A stretch of 64,000 bases of DNA, taken from the NCBI GenBank assembly GCA_951406725.2, contig OX597816.1, positions 50,902,001 to 50,966,000 of the forward strand. Reading direction: 5' to 3'. Both the position numbers and the translations under genes were made by a program. Each line of letters opens with the position of its first letter. The stretch's first letter is position 1. This stretch comes from Octopus vulgaris (lineage: Eukaryota). Of the stretch, positions 57,349 through 64,000 are shown in pieces. The notes beneath the pieces are model-generated. The model had not been told where the DNA came from. It saw nothing but the letters and a program-made list of their open reading frames with translations, and ran no database searches.

Positions 57349-57814
57349 GGTGAGAGAGACAGGAGGAGGAGGGGGAGGAGGAGAGAGAGTAGATGGCAAT
57401 ATTTGGAATTCCAGATAATATGATAAGTAATTCTTTCAATTCTTATTTCCTAAAGTTATTCTAGCAATGTTGGCTAATATCCAATGACCCTTTTCATGTT
57501 CACAGATTTGTGTCTGTGCTATAAATATGTGAGTATTCATCTAAGGTTTATGTGATATCAAATGTGTATAATGAGGTACAATTCGAGTGAAGCGTATAAA
57601 TATAAATGATTCGTCTTAAGATGAATCATCTTTGAAGACATATAATCACGTACTTGTGTATCATGCGAGATATTGAACATCGTAAGTGTATTTAATTTCT
57701 CTCTTCTTCCAACACAGGAAAAAAGTAATGTATTTCTGACATCAAATAATAGATTAAGCAGGGCAGTTAATTTACATACATATGTGTGCGTGTGTCTTTG
57801 TGAGCATGCATAAC

Positions 57815-57856
<42 letters not shown>

Positions 57857-58527
57857 TGTGTGTGTGTGTGTGTGTGTTTATAGATGTATGAGTCTGTGGG
57901 GACATATATGTGTTTATGTTTGTATTTATGTATGTATGTGTTTATATCAGGGGTGTACTATGTACTATCAGGCTATATTTTACAGTTCATAAACACTCAC
58001 TGTCATATTACCAACAAATACACTCCCTGGTACATACAACTTCATACACGTACACACACGCTTATATATAATATAATGTACGCATCCAGAAATATAAACC
58101 CGACCTTTTGTCAGTATGTATACATATATGTATATATATATATATATATATAAACATTTTCAGCGTGGGAGGTGTTTATAAGACACTTAAACACACGAAA
58201 ACCATTAGATTAACTTCAACATTAAACTTTAATTTCTCAAACATTTTTCGACGCTTTGTGATTGCGACCTGTTCACTGGCAAAATTCAGTCGCGGTCTCG
58301 AACCGATGAAAGTATTTTCGCATGTTAATTTTTAATATTGAAGTGGATCTAACAGATTTTGGGTCTTTTTAAATGCCTTATAAACGCCTTCCACGCTGCA
58401 ATTGTTTTGTTTCAACACTCGATCTCAGATCATGTCACGTGCTATGCAAGTACATGTACGTATTATAATATATATATATATATATATATGTATGTATACA
58501 CAAGCACACACACACACACACACACAC

Positions 58528-58593
<66 letters not shown>

Positions 58594-59098
58594 GTATGCG
58601 TCTTTGGATGCCCATACATTGTGTGTTTGTCTATAGAACTATGTGAATGTATGAGCTTATAAATGAAGCTATAATGAAAGCAAATCTGCTACCTCTTTAA
58701 ACAATCGTCATGTAGTAGTTGTAATGCGGTAATTGCAAATATATCTGTGAATTCTTGTGTATATCTTCAATTTAGTCCTATGTCGTTATCTTCAGTGTAA
58801 CGAAATATCTACTGATGAATTCAATAGTGATATATAATAAAAATGAAAATGGGTATGCCGAGATATCTTGCATCAATGATGATATGTGGAAGTCAAGTAT
58901 AAGTTTAAATGAGAAGTAAATAGATAAAATTTATATGATAGTTATTGAAGAAGTAATACATGTGTATATATATATGTGAGTGTGTGTATGTATATATATA
59001 TATATACGTGTGTGTGCGTATATATATATGTATGTATACATACACATATACATATATAACTATATCGTCATCTCTATGTATATATATATATACATACA

Positions 59099-59243
<145 letters not shown>

Positions 59244-59607
59244 TTCCATCATATTTTATTCTCTTGCTTTTAAGTTATCTTACGCAATTGAACTTTTTAT
59301 GAAGTCCTATTATTATGAAATAATTCTTCGAAACTAATTTTTAGCTGCAGACTTAAAAAACACAGTATTTGAAATTTGAATGGTCTCGCACAAAGTTTTC
59401 AATGGTGTATATTGATTTTTCTTTTAACAAGTAGAGTATTATTAATACACAGACTGGTACCCACTAGTACACACGCAGAAATACACAAACACACACACAT
59501 ACATTCTGAGAAATAGAGACACGCGCACACATGTGTATATATTTATATATATATATGTGTGTATGTGTATGTATCTGCATATATATATATATATTTTTTT
59601 TTTTTGC

Positions 59608-59686
<79 letters not shown>

Positions 59687-59949
59687 GGATGGAAGAAAAT
59701 TCAATGGAAATTCGAGCGAATTAAATTCTTGTAGTTTAAGTAAAATGCATATATATAACACTCTGTCTGTCTGTCTCTCTCTCTCTCTGGATGTATGCTA
59801 GCATCTATATGTTAGCGCATGTATAAGTATATAATTTGGGTTATCTCACATATGCGATGTTTTATATTTGATATTTTCGAAAATTTAAATAATCAAAGTT
59901 CTAATTAAAATAAAATTAAAATTAAAATAATCAAATCTAAAACATATTC

Positions 59950-60310
59950 CCCTTCGTTTTCTACAATGTCCTTCCATTTACTTTGTACAGTTGCAAGGAC
60001 CCTCTTCCAAACTCCACTAGTCCTTGATGAAGAATATTCTTCCAGTACCGTTCTGACTTAGTTTACAGAATTCACATTTTTTCCGCTAAACTGTTTTTGA
60101 AGACTGCGTAATAAATAATAATAAGATATGGCAATGTCCGGCGAATATGGTGGATAGGGCATCGTTTCTCATTCAAACTGATCCAGCCTTTGGAATGTCA
60201 TCCTCGCTGTATGTGGATGAGCATTATCCTGACGGAATGACGCCTTTCGTCTTGAAACGAAAGATGGTCATTTTTCTTTTAGATGATGTTAGTTGCAACC
60301 TAAGTCTAGA
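59950..60310 (-). mobile_element. Mariner transposase C-terminal remnant
   Basis: Minus strand reads RQDNAH (HDNARPH-like) and PPYSPDIA. Confidence 0.75.
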
Positions 60311-60493
60311 TGAATATTATAACATATAAACATGTAAAAAGTAATTATTTAATGAAAGACGTGAGGGTCATCTATCATATACACACTGTTCTAAATATGT
60401 TTGGAAAATTCTATGAGGCGTCTATATATATGTAAACGTACGTATCCAATTATATATGTGTATATGTATCTATGAACGATTGTATATTTGTAA

Positions 60494-60579
<86 letters not shown>

Positions 60580-60686
60580 ATAATGTATCGTTAATGCGTG
60601 TATGTCCATATATTTGCATATGCATGTTTATGTATGTGAATGTACTTCTATACATATATGGGCATTGCTACACATGTATATATATG

Positions 60687-60790
<104 letters not shown>

Positions 60791-61024
60791 TGTGTGTGTA
60801 TGTGTGTGAGAGAAAGAGAATGGGTGTGAGTTTTAAGTTTTCCCGTCATGTACAGAAAAAACATGAAACTAAGATATGACGGGCAATATATGGATTCATA
60901 AAATCTTCTCTCTTCAGTATTTCACAGACATAGTCTTGGATTAAGGTGATCTAATAACTTGGTCCATTCGAGGTGATCTGTGTGAAAGTCCCATCATTCC
61001 ATAAATCTATATATTTCACTGCAA

Positions 61025-61408
61025 GGAGGCGCAATGGCCCAGTGGTTAGGGCAGCGGACTCGCGGTCGTAGGATCGCGGTTTCGATTCCCAGACCGGGCG
61101 TTGTGAGTGTTTATTGAGCGAAAACACCTAAAGCTCCACGAGGCTCCGGCAGGGGATGGTGGTGATCCCTGCTGTACTCTTTCACCACAACTTTCTCTCA
61201 CTCTTGCTTCCTGTTTCTGTTGTACCTTGTATTTCAAAGGGCCGGCCTTGTCACTCTCTGTGTCACGCTGAATATCCCCGATAACTACGTTAAGGGTACA
61301 CGTATCTGTGCAGTGCTCAGCCACTTACACGTTAATTTCACGAGCAGGCTGCTCCGTTGATTCGGATCAACCGGAACCCTCGTCGTCGTAACCGACGGAG
61401 TGCTTCCA
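61025..61408 (+). mobile_element. Young tRNA(Arg)-like SINE (resembles Octopus OR-type)
   Basis: A box TGGCCCAGTGG, anticodon region CTCGC (TCG) and B box GGTTTCGATTCC; intact ~385 bp. Confidence 0.85.
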
Positions 61409-61454
61409 TATTTCACTGCATATATAAATATACAAAGGGAGAGAGAGAGGAACG

Positions 61455-61477
<23 letters not shown>

Positions 61478-61485
<8 letters not shown>

Positions 61486-61780
61486 ATCACGTGACCGACC
61501 AGACCATGAGCTGTTGTTACACATCGCTGGTCACAATGCGTTCGCATTGTTTTAGCCTTCGAATGACGCCACCCCGCTGGCTAAGTGAGCAGGCCAACTG
61601 AAGAAAGAGTGAGAGAAAGAGTGGTGAAGGAGTACATCAGGTATCACCACCCCTGCCGGAGCCTCGTGGAGCTTTTAAGTGTTTTCGCTCAATAAACACA
61701 CACAACGCCCGGTCTGGGAATCGAAACCGCGATCTTACGACCGCAAGTCCGCTGCCCTAACCACTAGGTCATTGCGCCTC

Positions 61781-61781
<1 letters not shown>
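61478..61781 (-). mobile_element. tRNA(Arg)-like SINE with the same head but a different tail
   Basis: The first ~180 nt match the 61025 element. The tail is unrelated and ends GTCACGTGATCACGTGAT before (TA)n. Confidence 0.85.
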
Positions 61782-61830
<49 letters not shown>

Positions 61831-61851
61831 CATATACACGGGTGTTTGTGC

Positions 61852-61900
<49 letters not shown>

Positions 61901-62289
61901 CATACATACATATACACGTGCGTTTGTGCGTATATATATATATATATGTATATATTAAAGATCCAGTAGACGTAGCATCAGCAAAAATATACTCCATTCA
62001 CTGAGAATAAATATCCATTCAAGTATTCAACTGCAGGTGTTATGTGATTCATGCTCTTATGATACTTGAACAGGCATGTTTATTTAAACAGACGCAAATA
62101 TGTTAAAGCAATATATCAGGTTGTGTTTGTGCGTCATATATATGCATAATCAAGGACGCCGAATAGTAAGAACATTAGAAAAATAGTTGATGCAAAACTG
62201 AAACGAGACAAAAGAAATGAAACAAGATGATTACTATCCTCGTCCTCCTTGATTGCATAAATCTTATTAAATACAACTGGCTTAGAATA

Positions 62290-63202
62290 AAATAACAGAA
62301 AATTGGGGGGAAATCCTCCTCGTCGAAACGAAACACTGGAAGGAAAACAAAACTGTCAGATAGGGACTGTCAGACTCTTACACAAATTGTTAAAAAGGAT
62401 CACAAAATTCAGCTCCCAAAATTACTGCAGCACTTAATTACCACCTAGGGAACCCAATTTCCACAAAAACTGTTTGCCGGAAGCTGCACAAAGCGGGATT
62501 ATATAGGAAGGCTGCAATCAGAAAAAACACTACTGTCAAAAACAAACGTTGCAAAACGTTTAGTGTGGAGTAAAAACGTACGGAATGGGTCCCTAGAGCA
62601 GTGGAAGAATGTTATTTCTTCGGACGAGTCATCCTGTACCGTATTTCCGACCACCGGCCGAGTATACGAGTGGAGACAGCCAAAAGAAGCATTTGACGCA
62701 GACTGCTTTCTACCGAGTGTTAAACATGGAGGAGGATCTGCGATGATCTGGGAGGGCTATATCTTGGAAATCCGCCGGCCCTATGCCTTCGCTTCATGGC
62801 GGAATTAATAGGCAAGACTATTTAAACATTTTATATGATCAAATTCATCCCATGGTTGCAGAACTGTTTCCGGAGAGAAACGCAATCTTTCCGGATGATA
62901 ATGCACACAGCTAAAGTTGTTACTGAATGGCACGAGGAACATTCTCCTAAAGTTGAACATCTTATATGCCCACCACAGACACCAGATCTCAATAATATTG
63001 AAGATTTACGATGCATTTTAGAAGAACTGGGGACCGTTTTAGCTGAATGGACAAAAGATCCTTTGGAAAAAATTCAATCTTTGTACGAGTCCATACTTCA
63101 TAGAATTCAAGCTGTAATTACTGCCAAAGGCAGTCCTACTCCGCATTAAGATAAATGTGTTTGAAATTTTAAGCTTTCCCATTATTTTGTCCAACCCCTG
63201 TA
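62290..63202 (+). mobile_element. Decayed Tc1-like DNA transposon
   Basis: Translated pieces read WKNVISSDESS, SVKHGGGSAMIW, DDNAH (frameshifted) and CPPQTPDLNNIE. The right TIR is ATTATTTTGTCCAACCCCTG followed by TA. Confidence 0.92.
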
Positions 63203-63219
63203 TATGTATATACATACTC

Positions 63220-63548
63220 TTTTATTATTTTTTTGCTCGTTTCAATCATTTGAGTGCAGCCATGCTGGAGCACCACCTTTAGTCGAACAAATCTACCACA
63301 TAAGCCTAGTACTTATTCTATCAGTCTTTTCGCCGAAGCGTTAAGTTACGGGAACGTAATAACACCAACGTCGGTTGTCAAGCGATAGTGTGAGTACAAA
63401 TAGAGACACACACAAATACATTCACATGACTTTGGTTGGCCCGAATATATAGTAAAAACCACTAGCCCAAGGAGCCACGCATTGGGACTGAACTCGGAAT
63501 CTTGTGGTTGGAAATTAAGCATCTTACCGTTTAGCCACTTCTGCGCCT
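63220..63548 (-). mobile_element. SINE family B with tRNA-like head
   Basis: Minus-strand head has TGGCTAAACGG (A box) and GAGTTCAGTCCC (B box), followed by the family B body. Confidence 0.75.
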
Positions 63549-64000
63549 ATATTAATACGCTTAAACCTTACAAGCGATCACCGTGCATTAACAAAGGCAA
63601 ATAGACCAATTTGTAAAAAGTATAATTTTTTGGGGTGGGGGCATATGTATATTCATTTTTCATATATGCGTGTGTGTGTATGCGTATATAAACATGTGCG
63701 GGTATGTACATATATGGGCGTGTGTGTATGAGTGCAGAAGGGCATGTCCGTATATGAACGAGGTTTTTATGCTTTGTATAATGCCTTATGTGTTTTCTGT
63801 TACCTTTAACCATGGTTTTTCTTGTGCTTGTGCGTATATAGACGTATGTATGAACTTTTACGGTACGCATGTGTGTGTGTGTATGAGTCTGTATATATAT
63901 GCGTATATATTTGGCGAAAAATGCGAGTGAGGATGTGTACGTTTTCATAGTGACGTATAAGTACGCACGTGGGTCCGCGAGCGCACATGTGAGTGTATGA

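Overview
AT-rich, repeat-saturated eukaryotic DNA. The SINE families and the dense (TA)n/(ATT)n/(GAT)n/(CA)n microsatellites suggest a cephalopod (Octopus-like) intergenic or intronic region; this is inferred from recalled repeat families, not from a search. No intact protein-coding gene is recognisable, and most ORFs in the track are translated microsatellites or antisense to transposon relics. Decayed transposons include two mariner copies plus a MITE, Tc1, Merlin/IS1595-like, a CR1-group LINE RT, an R4/Dong-type RLE LINE, a zinc-knuckle ORF1, and two Penelope-like element (PLE) fragments (RT at ~36.4-37.1 kb, GIY-YIG at ~39.4-39.8 kb). The main hidden signal is a set of minimal type I hammerhead ribozymes from several unrelated short non-coding elements. 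Intact or near-intact motifs lie at 1848-1895 (with a mirror copy at 1290-1337), 23455-23500 and 40848-40885; decayed ones lie at ~793, ~1040, ~36241, ~51095 and ~51726. The three best loci each carry an inverted duplication of their own end, which is typical of PLE insertions. One family (23231-23543 and 50941-51181) joins a tRNA-derived Pol III head, an (AAT)n spacer and a hammerhead, making it a candidate self-cleaving SINE mobilised by PLE machinery. Weaker signals are an ETS+NF-kB promoter-like island at ~15.4 kb and several short candidate minus-strand exons. All structures were folded by eye.
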